The notes beneath the pieces were generated by a model. It ran no database searches and was not told the DNA's origin. It was given only the letters and a program-made list of their open reading frames with translations. The translations under genes and the position numbers were made by a program. From a virus, in the IMG/VR virus record IMGVR_UViG_3300045988_165922, positions 37,893 to 101,892 of that record: a DNA stretch of 64,000 nt, one strand, 5' to 3'. Of this stretch, positions 1 through 8,667 are shown in pieces (position 1 is the first letter of the stretch; every line of letters starts with the position of its first letter).

Positions 1-468
1 CCGGACCGGCGAATAAATCACATACTTGATGGTGTCCGTATCCCGCAGGATGATGCTGATTTCGCCAACGCTGTCCCGTTGGATGAACTGCACGATACCT
101 CGAACGGTTAGAGAACGCCGACTCAATAATATCCGGTCGCCAAGCTGAATTCGCTGTCCAACGAAACAATCATCTAATTCGACCAGCAGTTCCGCACCGG
201 TTTCGATGGACGAGTGGAAACTGTTCAGCGGGTTACGGAGAAAACTTCCAACCTTACAGTTCCAGTCGCGCTGTGCGTCGTGCAAGGTTTGGAAGCCGAC
301 TCCGCCAGATGTTCGCAAACCATTATCCACTGGACAAAAGTGGGAGTATTCCCAACCTTTCGGCAGAAAATATTGCTCGTCGTCCCAAGTGCAGTGGAGT
401 TCAGATTTAGCCCGATACTTAAATTCGGGAATGCTGTTACAGCATGGGCATGTAAGAAGGTTTCTCAC
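1..468 (-). CDS. hypothetical Cys-rich protein (CPCC...HC), 3' end cut by window edge
   Basis: minus-strand ORF open to position 1, hand-translated; GTG start overlaps the stop of the upstream gene (GTGA). Confidence 0.45.
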   Translation of the reverse strand, partial: MRNLLTCPCCNSIPEFKYRAKSELHCTWDDEQYFLPKGWEYSHFCPVDNGLRTSGGVGFQTLHDAQRDWNCKVGSFLRNPLNSFHSSIETGAELLVELDDCFVGQRIQLGDRILLSRRSLTVRGIVQFIQRDSVGEISIILRDTDTIKYVIYSPVR

Positions 469-722
469 CCCAGTCCTTTCTGAGTCCTTAAGAGTTCGTC
501 CAGTTTTTCCTCGATGCTTTCCAACCTCAAGCGCAACGCCTTCTGGCTTTCGTAGATGGCCGTAGTCTCACCGGAAACCTCATAGAGGCTTTTGTTGCCA
601 TACATGTCGTGCTTGTTGTCGGCCTGTATCTCAAGCTTCGCTATCTCCCGCTCCCGTTGCGACGGTTTGCGTGATTTCAGATAGTCCCTGCATTCGGGAC
701 TGAACATGTCCTCGTATCCCAT
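465..722 (-). CDS. hypothetical protein, 85 aa
   Basis: ORF track; ATG abuts the stop of the exonuclease gene (TAAATG), so translationally coupled. Confidence 0.55.
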   Translation of the reverse strand: MGYEDMFSPECRDYLKSRKPSQREREIAKLEIQADNKHDMYGNKSLYEVSGETTAIYESQKALRLRLESIEEKLDELLRTQKGLG

Positions 723-1307
723 TTAGCGGCCAAATTCCTCTCTGCGCATGGCTTCATACAGCATGTTTTCCTGAGTCGCGTCGGACAAGGCGCGATGCTC
801 TTCCACGTCACCGATACCATAGTCGCGGATAAGCACGGCAACCTTATGGCTTGGCTTTTCGGGATGGATTTTCCGGCTCATTTCCAACGTGTCCACGAAC
901 CGGTGGGGGAAGAAGAACATTCCACCGTTCACGGTTTTCATGGCCGCGTCCAAGAAACTTAAATCGAATGACGCGTTATGCGCCATGATGATGGTTCGTG
1001 GGCCAAGCCACTTGTCGAATCGGATGATGGCTTGACTTACGTCGGGTTGTCCGATGACCATGCTGTCGTTGATTCCGGTGAGCGAGGTGATGTATTCGGG
1101 GATTGGCTGGTGTGGGTCAATCAGTTGCTCGTATCGGTCTACGAGTTTTCCGTTATGGATTTTCACGGCTCCGATTTCAATGAGTTTGGCCCCGTTTTCG
1201 GGTTTGAAACCGGTGGTTTCGGTATCCAAGACCACGTAATCGTAGAGTGGTGTTTTCATTGGGTCGATTCTTCTGGGGTCTCGACTTTGGTATTTGTCCC
1301 AGCTCAT
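723..1307 (-). CDS. DEDDh 3'-5' exonuclease (DnaQ / Pol III epsilon-like)
   Basis: Exo I DTETTG, Exo II HNASFD and Exo III HRALSDA motifs present; motif promoter just upstream. Confidence 0.85.
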   Translation of the reverse strand: MSWDKYQSRDPRRIDPMKTPLYDYVVLDTETTGFKPENGAKLIEIGAVKIHNGKLVDRYEQLIDPHQPIPEYITSLTGINDSMVIGQPDVSQAIIRFDKWLGPRTIIMAHNASFDLSFLDAAMKTVNGGMFFFPHRFVDTLEMSRKIHPEKPSHKVAVLIRDYGIGDVEEHRALSDATQENMLYEAMRREEFGR

Positions 1308-1332
1308 GGTGTGGTCTCCTCGGATAAGTGAA

Positions 1333-1355
1333 TGTGTGGACGTTTCTAGTATAAC
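1333..1355 (-). promoter_or_regulatory. conserved promoter/leader motif copy (degenerate: tgtgtggacgtttctagtataac)
   Basis: matches the window-wide consensus; sits about 25 bp upstream of the exonuclease gene start. Confidence 0.5.
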
Positions 1356-1358
1356 GCC

Positions 1359-1628
1359 TTATCTGGTAATAGCCTTGACTCGTCCGTCCAGAACCGTTCT
1401 TACGACATCCTCGAAGTCGGTGTTGTCGGGCAATAGGCGGGAGTCTTGAAGGATTCCGATAATCTTCAACAGTTCCGTATGCCCGTGCGGAGTGCGCTTA
1501 TAGTCGCGGGTCGCACCCGCCTTGTATGCGCGACGCAACTGTAACGCCAACTGTTCCCGTGTGAGCGTGATGCAGTCGCCTTCCTCGATGGGATACCGTT
1601 CTTCCAGTTCTTCGTTGAGAATGCTCAT
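1359..1628 (-). CDS. hypothetical protein, 89 aa
   Basis: internal ATG (MSILNEELEE) with RBS GAAAGGAAAAAC; longer ORF-track start lacks an RBS. Confidence 0.5.
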   Translation of the reverse strand: MSILNEELEERYPIEEGDCITLTREQLALQLRRAYKAGATRDYKRTPHGHTELLKIIGILQDSRLLPDNTDFEDVVRTVLDGRVKAITR

Positions 1629-1653
1629 TTTTTTGTTTTTCCTTTCTGTTTTT

Positions 1654-2049
1654 TCAGACGTACATTCCCTCATGCCAGCCGTGTAGCAAACCCCATTCGG
1701 ATAGTTTCCGGAACCATTTCTCGCATTCGTCAGCCACCTTGTTGGGATAATCCAACGTCGGGTTCAAGTTGAGTAAATACTGGTAGTCGTAGGGTTGGCA
1801 GAAGTTCTCGTCCAACACGTCTATCTGCCAGTCGCTACCGTCCTTGGCAATCTCGACATTCAATGTCATGTCATGGTCGGGGGAGACTGAACGGCAGAGG
1901 TACCAATACCCCTCACGGTGGTCGGTGAATCCCAGTCGGCGCATGGTCGAATCTTCGGCGGGACTCATGCTAAGCGCCGCATTGTTCTGATGCTTCGTGT
2001 AGGTGATGCCTATGGTCGAGAATCGGGGCGTGTTCTGAGCGTCGGACAT
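1654..2049 (-). CDS. hypothetical protein, 131 aa
   Basis: ORF track; RBS TAGGAGAG 5 nt upstream of ATG. Confidence 0.55.
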   Translation of the reverse strand: MSDAQNTPRFSTIGITYTKHQNNAALSMSPAEDSTMRRLGFTDHREGYWYLCRSVSPDHDMTLNVEIAKDGSDWQIDVLDENFCQPYDYQYLLNLNPTLDYPNKVADECEKWFRKLSEWGLLHGWHEGMYV

Positions 2050-2057
2050 GTTCTCTC

Positions 2058-2429
2058 CTATTCTTCGCTTTTGCGCAGGTCGATTACCGGAATATGGGTA
2101 TCGGTGGAATAGTGGACGGAATAGGGGTCGATTGTCCTATGCCGCCAGCTGACGCCACCTTCCACTGGCCAAGCCAGCCAGCTTATGCCGTCCAAATAGT
2201 TCAGAATGCTGATGTGGGTAATCCAACGGCACCATCTTGTCGGGCATATCACGTCGAACATGGGTGTATTCTCGGTTCCCGGTCGGCAGGAATGCCGTTG
2301 CCAAGAGCGCAGGTATACGCGGTAGAGCGCATGGGAGTCGTCTGTTGGCAGTTCCTTGGTGTCGAATACTGCGCGAGTTGGGTGGTCATCGAAGAGGATT
2401 CGTTTGCCGAATTTAGTTGCTTGATTCAA
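2058..2429 (-). CDS. hypothetical protein, ~123 aa (TTG start)
   Basis: AAGGAG then 6 nt then TTG, immediately downstream of a motif copy; the ORF-track 5' extension would read through the motif. Confidence 0.45.
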   Translation of the reverse strand: MNQATKFGKRILFDDHPTRAVFDTKELPTDDSHALYRVYLRSWQRHSCRPGTENTPMFDVICPTRWCRWITHISILNYLDGISWLAWPVEGGVSWRHRTIDPYSVHYSTDTHIPVIDLRKSEE

Positions 2430-2457
2430 TGCGTTCTCCTTTTTGGTTGTCTTTGTT

Positions 2458-2482
2458 TTTGTTGTGAACAATCCCACTATAA
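2458..2482 (-). promoter_or_regulatory. conserved promoter/leader motif copy (ttgttgtgaacaatcccactataac)
   Basis: consensus match, oriented toward the 2058..2429 gene. Confidence 0.55.
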
Positions 2483-2514
2483 CACAAGGGGGTAGAAAAA
2501 CGCAACACGCAAAC

Positions 2515-2970
2515 CTAAGCCAGCGTCCCGTTAAAAAAGAACTCCCTCTTCCCAACCCGATACAAACCCACACGAGAGCCGGACAGACGAAAATCAAAAC
2601 GACGGAAGAAACCCTCATACATCGGCAACAGCTCTTCCGGCACTGTCACCAGAGGGAACCGTTCATCCAGCGATTTCAATGCATATTCGACCAGCGTGGA
2701 ACCAACCCCTCGACTCCGAAAACCCTCGTAGACATACAAAGTGCAAATCTTCCGTTCAGACGGATTTCTCTTGAGAACGCAAAACCCCGCCAACTCACCG
2801 TTTATGCGGGCTAAAAGAATCGCACGGCCTTTCCCCAATGAGGGGAGAACCGTGCGGTTGAACCAAATATCGAAGCCGGGATAATACGTTCGGATTGTCC
2901 CCGGAATGGGAATAGAAGCCGCAGTGCCAGCGTCCCGAACTACACTAATCCTCAACGAACTCGAACACAT
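2515..2970 (-). CDS. GNAT family N-acetyltransferase
   Basis: acetyl-CoA binding motif VYEGFRSRGVGSTLVEYAL (R-x-x-G-x-G), ~150 aa. Confidence 0.75.
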   Translation of the reverse strand: MCSSSLRISVVRDAGTAASIPIPGTIRTYYPGFDIWFNRTVLPSLGKGRAILLARINGELAGFCVLKRNPSERKICTLYVYEGFRSRGVGSTLVEYALKSLDERFPLVTVPEELLPMYEGFFRRFDFRLSGSRVGLYRVGKREFFFNGTLA

Positions 2971-3190
2971 GAAAATCCGTCACACGCTCGACGTTGACAT
3001 GACTCGTATCATCCGGCCAAATATATAAGACCGGCATGTAACCGGACAGTTCACGAACTGCGAGATTGCTGAAACCGTCCAAGTAGAGGGTTCCGGCCAT
3101 GGGTTTGCCGTTCCATTTGAATATCGCGGACTTGCCTTCGAATTCTTTCCAGTTGATTCCGTCTTGATAGGGAAGTTCTTTTAAGGCCAT
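2945..3190 (-). CDS. hypothetical protein, 81 aa
   Basis: ORF track; RBS AAAAGGAAAACCA before ATG; degenerate motif upstream. Confidence 0.5.
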   Translation of the reverse strand: MALKELPYQDGINWKEFEGKSAIFKWNGKPMAGTLYLDGFSNLAVRELSGYMPVLYIWPDDTSHVNVERVTDFHVFEFVED

Positions 3191-3206
3191 TGGTTTTCCT
3201 TTTTTG

Positions 3207-3230
3207 GTGTGGGCTATCTCACTCTAACAC
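3207..3230 (-). promoter_or_regulatory. degenerate promoter/leader motif copy (ggtgtgggctatctcactctaacac)
   Basis: partial consensus match (TGTTAGAGTGAGATAGCCCACACC in gene orientation). Confidence 0.4.
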
Positions 3231-3271
3231 AACAGGGGTAATGCAAAGAACGAAAAACCACCTTCCCACAC

Positions 3272-3487
3272 TTAGAATTCCGGCTCCTCAACATTCAACA
3301 ACACCAGCCTCGGACGGCGGCGAAGAATCCTACAATCCTCGTCCCAAGCATTCAGAATCTCGCAAGCCAACACGGTCGCTTCTGAATCAAGAGTAGGCGT
3401 GGTACGCAGAACCGACTGGATGTTATCCAAGTCTGCGGATGGGAGTTCAGTCGCGTCATTAGCCGCGTCCAACAAGTAATGGGGCAT
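3272..3487 (-). CDS. hypothetical protein, 71 aa
   Basis: start MPHYLL with RBS GGAAGGAG 5 nt upstream. Confidence 0.5.
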   Translation of the reverse strand: MPHYLLDAANDATELPSADLDNIQSVLRTTPTLDSEATVLACEILNAWDEDCRILRRRPRLVLLNVEEPEF

Positions 3488-3553
3488 TCGCGCTCCTTCC
3501 AAAAATTGAGACGAGAATACCCGTGGAAGTCGTTTTCCACGGGCATTCTGGTA

Positions 3554-3883
3554 TCATTTACTGACTCCGTGAAGTTCTAGAACTTCGTTTAGTCCCTCAA
3601 GGCAATCGTCCTCAATAGTAGCGCTACCCCAAACGTTTTCCCACCATTCGTCCAACAGTTGCGTAGCGCTCATGTCGAGCTTCTTAAGGGTTTCGGTTGT
3701 AATGTCAGCGTATTCCAAAGATTCTTCATTCAAGTATGCGATTGTTCTTGGGGCTACCGCATACTTGTCGGGGTTGGCGTCGAGTCGTTTCAGGAAAGCC
3801 AATACGGTCTCTTTGTCGTGCTCGTTCAGTTCAGGGTCGTTTTTGGCTGAGGTGGTCAGATACTCATAGTAGTCGCTGTTCAT
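3554..3883 (-). CDS. hypothetical acidic protein, 109 aa
   Basis: ORF track; RBS AAAGGATAAAAA-ATG. Confidence 0.55.
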   Translation of the reverse strand: MNSDYYEYLTTSAKNDPELNEHDKETVLAFLKRLDANPDKYAVAPRTIAYLNEESLEYADITTETLKKLDMSATQLLDEWWENVWGSATIEDDCLEGLNEVLELHGVSK

Positions 3884-3922
3884 TTTTTATCCTTTTGGTC
3901 TAACGTTTTTTTGACGTGGGAG

Positions 3923-4087
3923 CTAGTCATTGCTCCAGTCGGTATTGCGTATGCCGAATTCGTTTCGTTTCGTGGATTGCGGGTTCCAAGCGCTACCGGC
4001 GTCCCATCCGTTATGAGTGGAACGGTTGTTCTTGTGAGTGTTGTTTTTATTGGGACTATCGGTTGCTACCCAGTCGTGGTTACTCAT
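3923..4087 (-). CDS. hypothetical small protein, ~54 aa
   Basis: internal ATG (MSNHDW) with RBS GAAAGG; low-complexity N/H/K-rich sequence. Confidence 0.3.
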   Translation of the reverse strand: MSNHDWVATDSPNKNNTHKNNRSTHNGWDAGSAWNPQSTKRNEFGIRNTDWSND

Positions 4088-4098
4088 TCGTGAACCTT

Positions 4099-4353
4099 TC
4101 AGGCGAACACTTTCACGGACTGGAATTCTTCGCCCATTTCGTTGCCGGATTCGCATTGGTTGACAATAACCCATGGTTTGACGCTGGGGAAGTGGAGGCT
4201 ATCGATTCTCACATACATGTCGGGTTGTGCCGTGCGATATTCCAGTATGCCTTCGATGGTTTCGCCGGTTTTGGTGACGGCGATGCACTTGTGGCCTTCC
4301 AAGTTTTGGGGGAGGGTGTTGTGCCAGTTGATTTCTGTGGTGGTGTTGCTCAT
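4099..4353 (-). CDS. hypothetical protein, 84 aa
   Basis: start MSNTTT with RBS AAGGAGAAAA; motif promoter upstream. Confidence 0.5.
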   Translation of the reverse strand: MSNTTTEINWHNTLPQNLEGHKCIAVTKTGETIEGILEYRTAQPDMYVRIDSLHFPSVKPWVIVNQCESGNEMGEEFQSVKVFA

Positions 4354-4382
4354 TTTTCTCCTTGTAGGATGCAACTTCTTGC

Positions 4383-4404
4383 TGTGTGAACAATTCCAGT
4401 ATAT
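4383..4404 (-). promoter_or_regulatory. conserved promoter/leader motif copy (tgtgtgaacaattccagtatat)
   Basis: near-consensus copy; about 30 nt before the RBS of the 4099..4353 gene. Confidence 0.6.
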
Positions 4405-4471
4405 ATGATATTAGCGCAAAACACAATCCGATAGAACAATAAGGAAGCATAGAAACGGCAGTCTTCCAATC

Positions 4472-4846
4472 TCAGTAGCAGTTATCGCACCAGCTGGTAT
4501 CACCGCAAAGGTTCTCGTTCTCCTCGCTGAGAAGGCAACCGCAACCACTGCAATACGTGTTGGCTGGATTGTTGGACGAAGTGAAAGAACCTTCCCTGAC
4601 AATGGTTCCAGCCAAGTCGGCGATGGTGTAGATTGCCCGAGTGTCGGCTTCCGGTGCGGGATAGTCGGACATGCCTAGAATCCTGTTGTACACGTTCGTC
4701 AGTAGAGTGCGAACGTTTCCCACCTGACGAGTCCCATTCAGAATGGGAGTCGTCAAATGGTCGAAGAATTCTACCGTTGTATCCCAAGAATGCTGGCCTT
4801 CGTGGATTTCGATTTCCAGCTTTTCCTTGCCGTCGGTGAATCGCAT
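4472..4846 (-). CDS. hypothetical protein with C-terminal Cys cluster (CSGCGC...CGDTSWCDNC)
   Basis: ORF track; RBS AGGAAAACGAAA-ATG. Confidence 0.5.
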   Translation of the reverse strand: MRFTDGKEKLEIEIHEGQHSWDTTVEFFDHLTTPILNGTRQVGNVRTLLTNVYNRILGMSDYPAPEADTRAIYTIADLAGTIVREGSFTSSNNPANTYCSGCGCLLSEENENLCGDTSWCDNCY

Positions 4847-4856
4847 TTTCGTTTTC

Positions 4857-5273
4857 CTACAATTCTCTCATGGCCTTGTCTAAATCGGACACAATCGCGT
4901 CATACAGTCCGTCAACATCCAACGATTCCAGCTTATGTTCTTCCAGTTCGACGGGCGTGTATTCCCCGTCATCGAAAGTCCAGTGTGCGGACGGAACCGT
5001 GTATACTCCGCCACGCCAACGGTAGGAACGTCTGCCGTCTCGTTGCGAGTCGGCCACCAGATAGTACTCGACCTGCTTGCCCATGTAACGGTGTTGGAAT
5101 GCGACTTCGATTCCGTCTCCGAAGATGGCTCGGGTTGCGTGAGCGCCGGTCACGTAGGGGATTCTGACGAGTTTGTCGATGAGTTTCCGATAGGGTGTCT
5201 TCGCTGATTTTCGAGTACATTCTGATTGTCCTTTTTCGTGTAATTGGGGTTTGTGGTGATTGTTTTTCAGCAA
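4857..5273 (-). CDS. hypothetical protein, ~138 aa (start uncertain; TTG at 5273 or an internal ATG)
   Basis: ORF track; no clear RBS at either candidate start. Confidence 0.4.
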   Translation of the reverse strand: MLKNNHHKPQLHEKGQSECTRKSAKTPYRKLIDKLVRIPYVTGAHATRAIFGDGIEVAFQHRYMGKQVEYYLVADSQRDGRRSYRWRGGVYTVPSAHWTFDDGEYTPVELEEHKLESLDVDGLYDAIVSDLDKAMREL

Positions 5274-5527
5274 CAGTATTCGTTGACTGCGTTGACGAGT
5301 TCAGCCATGCTCATGCTGTATACGTCGCTGTGGCGGGCGTAGATGTCTTTTGCGAAGAGTCTGTTTTGCATGATGGTGCGGGCTTCGGGACTTTGAACGA
5401 GTTTCACGCTTTCGGGGAAGGTGCTTGAGAGGGCGTTGTCGTTGATTTGTTTGGCGTATTCGACTGCTTGTTTTTTGGGCATTTTCTTGACGTTGATTGC
5501 GCCGCCGATGTAGTGGATTGCGTACAT
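5267..5527 (-). CDS. hypothetical protein, 86 aa
   Basis: RBS AAAAGGAGCACATAAC-ATG; motif promoter upstream. Confidence 0.55.
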   Translation of the reverse strand: MYAIHYIGGAINVKKMPKKQAVEYAKQINDNALSSTFPESVKLVQSPEARTIMQNRLFAKDIYARHSDVYSMSMAELVNAVNEYCC

Positions 5528-5556
5528 GTTATGTGCTCCTTTTGCCTATCGCTCTT

Positions 5557-5579
5557 TGTGTGAACAATTCCACTATAGC
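5557..5579 (-). promoter_or_regulatory. conserved promoter/leader motif copy (tgtgtgaacaattccactatagc)
   Basis: near-consensus copy, oriented toward the 5267..5527 gene. Confidence 0.6.
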
Positions 5580-5659
5580 ACACTTGAGAAAAACCGCAAA
5601 ACCCCAAAAAACAAAAGCGGGACACCAAAACAGCATCCCGCCTTCCCCCCCATCAAACC

Positions 5660-6625
5660 TCAATCGGACAAACCGGCACGGGCACGCATCTTGCGTTTAA
5701 TCTCACTACCCTTGGCAAACAAGCGCTCCATACGGGCCACGGTCTGCAACGCCTTCTTATACTCCTCCAATCGAGAAGAGATTTGCCAATTACGAGGTTC
5801 CGCTAACGACTCCTCAATTAGAGAATCGGGAACATCCCACATAAAGGACATAATCCAACGGCGGTTTTCCCCGCCCATGCGACGCCACAAGCGCACGGCA
5901 CGCTTACCTTTGACCCATTCCGGATTATTGAACAAGACTTGGATGGCGGATTCGTCGGAAAGGGAGTCCAACAACGGGTCTATGTCCGTTTCCTCCGCCA
6001 ACGGTGCCGATAGGGCGCGGATGGTTTCGTCTTCGCTTTTCACCCAATGCTCGAAGCAGAGCCTATCGGCCAGCTTGTTTTCCACCATGTAGCGGATAAC
6101 GTCGTAATCCGTTTCCTCCCAGTACAGGCTTGCAACGGTATGCTTTGCGGCGAGCTTGCGTAGTTCGGGGTCTTTGTCCTTGGCGAGGCTGGTCGCGGTC
6201 TTATAGTTGAGTTTTCCCTTGTATTCCAAATATTCGGCCACCTTGCGGCGAACGTCACGACTCCGGTCTTTCAACACGGTTTCACGCAGTCCGTCGTATA
6301 TCTTTCCGTCCTCGATTTTCATGTTGTACTTCAACTTGCAGTTGATGTAATAGTGACGGAACGGTAAGGGGAGAGGGAATATTCTTCCACTCCGGTAGAT
6401 GTTCTTAATGCTTTCCAGCAGGTCGATTCCCTTGTTGGTAAGCTTCCAACGGTCGCGTTCCTTGGTCAGTTCGATTAGGTTGGCTTCCTTGAATTTGTCT
6501 AAGGACTTCTGGTCGATGTATGCGCTCAGTCGTTGCGAGTGGGTTTCGTTGTCGAAGTCCTCGAAGCAGTAAACGAGGTTGGCAGTCCACTTTTTGGTAA
6601 GACTGTTGATTGCGTCGTTGTCCAT
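5660..6625 (-). CDS. HEAT/ARM-like repeat protein with N-terminal wHTH-like region, paralog A
   Basis: repeated D-x-x-x-VRR/LRK-A helix-repeat signatures (DRSRDVRRKVAE, DKDPELRKLAAK); clear paralog of 7627..8544; start MDNDAINSL with RBS GAAGGAG; the track's 5' extension reads through the motif. Confidence 0.6.
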   Translation of the reverse strand: MDNDAINSLTKKWTANLVYCFEDFDNETHSQRLSAYIDQKSLDKFKEANLIELTKERDRWKLTNKGIDLLESIKNIYRSGRIFPLPLPFRHYYINCKLKYNMKIEDGKIYDGLRETVLKDRSRDVRRKVAEYLEYKGKLNYKTATSLAKDKDPELRKLAAKHTVASLYWEETDYDVIRYMVENKLADRLCFEHWVKSEDETIRALSAPLAEETDIDPLLDSLSDESAIQVLFNNPEWVKGKRAVRLWRRMGGENRRWIMSFMWDVPDSLIEESLAEPRNWQISSRLEEYKKALQTVARMERLFAKGSEIKRKMRARAGLSD

Positions 6626-6647
6626 GGTTTCTCCTTCTCGGCATATC

Positions 6648-6671
6648 TTGTGTGAACAATTCCAGTATAGC
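6648..6671 (-). promoter_or_regulatory. conserved promoter/leader motif copy (ttgtgtgaacaattccagtatagc)
   Basis: consensus copy about 20 nt before the RBS of HEAT paralog A. Confidence 0.6.
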
Positions 6672-6784
6672 CTAAGTTGAGATAAAACACAACACGCAAC
6701 CAAGCCAAAACGAAGACGCAATCCCCGCCCATATGAAAAAAGGAATACATCCACATGATTTTCCTGCGGGCGTATTCCCATGTT

Positions 6785-7093
6785 TTAGTTCAGAAGTCCG
6801 GAGCGATACAGAATCCTGCGGATATTGATGCTGTGGACGAAAGCGGTGTCAGGCTGTCCAACGAAGTCGGCAAGCTGCTCGTCGGAGCAAGTCTCGTCAA
6901 CGGCGGCATCCAAAACCACCTCGGTCGGAGAGTCGAACATCCTACAGCCGACGCCGTCATGCCCCTCGGTGTGCTCGAACAAGGCGAAGTAGGTCATGTT
7001 CTCGTCTGCAACACGCAACATGACATAGGAGGTATTGCCGTTGCGGAAGATGTTGTAGTCTGCTGCGCCGAATCGTGTGAAATACTCGTTCAT
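6785..7093 (-). CDS. hypothetical protein, 102 aa
   Basis: start MNEYFTRF with RBS GAGAAAGAG; motif upstream. Confidence 0.5.
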   Translation of the reverse strand: MNEYFTRFGAADYNIFRNGNTSYVMLRVADENMTYFALFEHTEGHDGVGCRMFDSPTEVVLDAAVDETCSDEQLADFVGQPDTAFVHSINIRRILYRSGLLN

Positions 7094-7114
7094 TGTGGCT
7101 CTTTCTCTCATATT

Positions 7115-7137
7115 TGTGTGAACGATTCCAGTATATC
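7115..7137 (-). promoter_or_regulatory. conserved promoter/leader motif copy (tgtgtgaacgattccagtatatc)
   Basis: consensus copy, oriented toward the 6785..7093 gene. Confidence 0.6.
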
Positions 7138-7271
7138 ATATTTGAGGGAAAGAGCGAAAACACAAAACACAAAAAGCCGCGCAAACGCAAAAGCATCCAC
7201 GCGACTCGATATTTTTTTCACCACTATACGGAGGGTTGTGCGGTTCCCTCCGCCGCAGTGGGTGCTGCCGG

Positions 7272-7568
7272 TTAGTCGTAGTCTGACGGTTCGCCATTGA
7301 CATAGTTCAAAAACTGGTCGAAGGCGTATTGCGCGGTGTCCTCATACCGGCATGGCTTCGGCTTCGCGTTCTTTTCCTGCTCTTCCTGCTCTATTAACTG
7401 GTCTATCCGACTTTGCTCGTCACGGTGTTGCCACGCGAGAGGTCTATTGCCCTGAAGTAGGTTCTCCTCCACCGTATATTCATGGTCGCGATACATATAG
7501 TCGAGATAGACCATATGGGCGTCGTATCCGTGTCCGTAGTATTTCCTAACGAATGTCGCTTTTCGCAT
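7272..7568 (-). CDS. hypothetical protein, 98 aa (Tyr/His-rich N-terminus)
   Basis: start MRKATF with RBS GAAAGGGG. Confidence 0.5.
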   Translation of the reverse strand: MRKATFVRKYYGHGYDAHMVYLDYMYRDHEYTVEENLLQGNRPLAWQHRDEQSRIDQLIEQEEQEKNAKPKPCRYEDTAQYAFDQFLNYVNGEPSDYD

Positions 7569-7626
7569 TGTTACCCCTTTCACGAATGGTGGGGCATGTC
7601 TGCTGGCACGCCCCTTTGTGTTTTAG

Positions 7627-8544
7627 CTAAATCTCGTGCTCGGCACGCTCCCAAATCTTCCGGCGAATCTCACTGTCCTCGGAGAACATCGTACCCAACT
7701 CCAACACTTGACGGACGGCTTCTCGGTATTTCTCCAAACGGTCATGCAAGGCCATGTACGCGTCGCTTTTGAACGCCTGATTGATGAACGAGTCCGGCAT
7801 GTCGCGCATGACCTTGACCAGCCTGTAACGTCCCACCTCGTCCGCGTTCTCCCAAGCGTTCATGACTCGTTCACGCGTGGCCCACTGCGGCTTGCAGGCC
7901 AGTACATGCGCCACATCCTGTGAGTCGAGGCGGGCCAACACTTCATCCACCTTGCCGTCTTCGGTCAGAAGAGCCGCCTGAACGCGAATCTGACTGTTGG
8001 GATTGTCCAGCCAATGTTCGACGCATTCCTTATCGAAGTTATGGTTATAGATAAGGGTTTTGACCACGCGCTCGTCCGACTCCTCGAAGAAGAGGTGAGG
8101 GTCTGCGTTCTTTGCCGCCATGAGTCGAATCTGATAATCCTCGTCGTAGGCCAAACCGTTCGACGTTTCCTTGTCGAGCTTGCTGAACTTGTTGAGCATT
8201 GTGGCCGCTTTCTTGCGAATCTCGGCGCTCCTGTCATGTAGGGCAACTTTGGATAGTTCCTTGACGGGTAGTTTCTTTTCGTCGTATACGCGCCAGTCGA
8301 AGTAGTAGTTACGGACTTTCAGGGGTAGTTCGGAGAGTTTGCCGGAGTTGAAATGCTGTCTAATGTTGGCGAGTTCGTCTTCGCCTGTTTGGGTGAGAGT
8401 CCAGTCGCCCGTCTCGTTTTCCTGAATGAGTCCGGCTTTGGCGAGTTTGGTGATGTCGCGGTCGGGGAATACTCGGCGTTCGGGTTCGCGCTCGAATCGC
8501 ATGAATTCGTAGACTGCGGTTTCGTTCCAGTTGATGTCGCTCAT
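7627..8544 (-). CDS. HEAT/ARM-like repeat protein with N-terminal wHTH-like region, paralog B
   Basis: aligns along its length with 5660..6625 (DRSAEIRKKAA, MRDMPDSFINQAF vs MWDVPDSLIEESL); start MSDINWNE with RBS GAGGAGC. Confidence 0.6.
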   Translation of the reverse strand: MSDINWNETAVYEFMRFEREPERRVFPDRDITKLAKAGLIQENETGDWTLTQTGEDELANIRQHFNSGKLSELPLKVRNYYFDWRVYDEKKLPVKELSKVALHDRSAEIRKKAATMLNKFSKLDKETSNGLAYDEDYQIRLMAAKNADPHLFFEESDERVVKTLIYNHNFDKECVEHWLDNPNSQIRVQAALLTEDGKVDEVLARLDSQDVAHVLACKPQWATRERVMNAWENADEVGRYRLVKVMRDMPDSFINQAFKSDAYMALHDRLEKYREAVRQVLELGTMFSEDSEIRRKIWERAEHEI

Positions 8545-8570
8545 TTTTTGCTCCTCGGCTTCCATATTTT

Positions 8571-8592
8571 TATGTGAACAATTCCAGTATAC
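8571..8592 (-). promoter_or_regulatory. conserved promoter/leader motif copy (tatgtgaacaattccagtatac)
   Basis: consensus copy upstream of HEAT paralog B. Confidence 0.6.
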
Positions 8593-8667
8593 AATTTGCT
8601 TGGACAAAACACGCTACAAAACAAAAAGCGGGAACTACAGCAACAAACCATATCCCCGCAAACCCAA

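Noticed and set aside
7590-7626. Terminator hairpin after gene 7627..8544
   Set aside because: The stem (ggggcatg.../...cacgcccc) is imperfect with mismatches, and no U-run follows.
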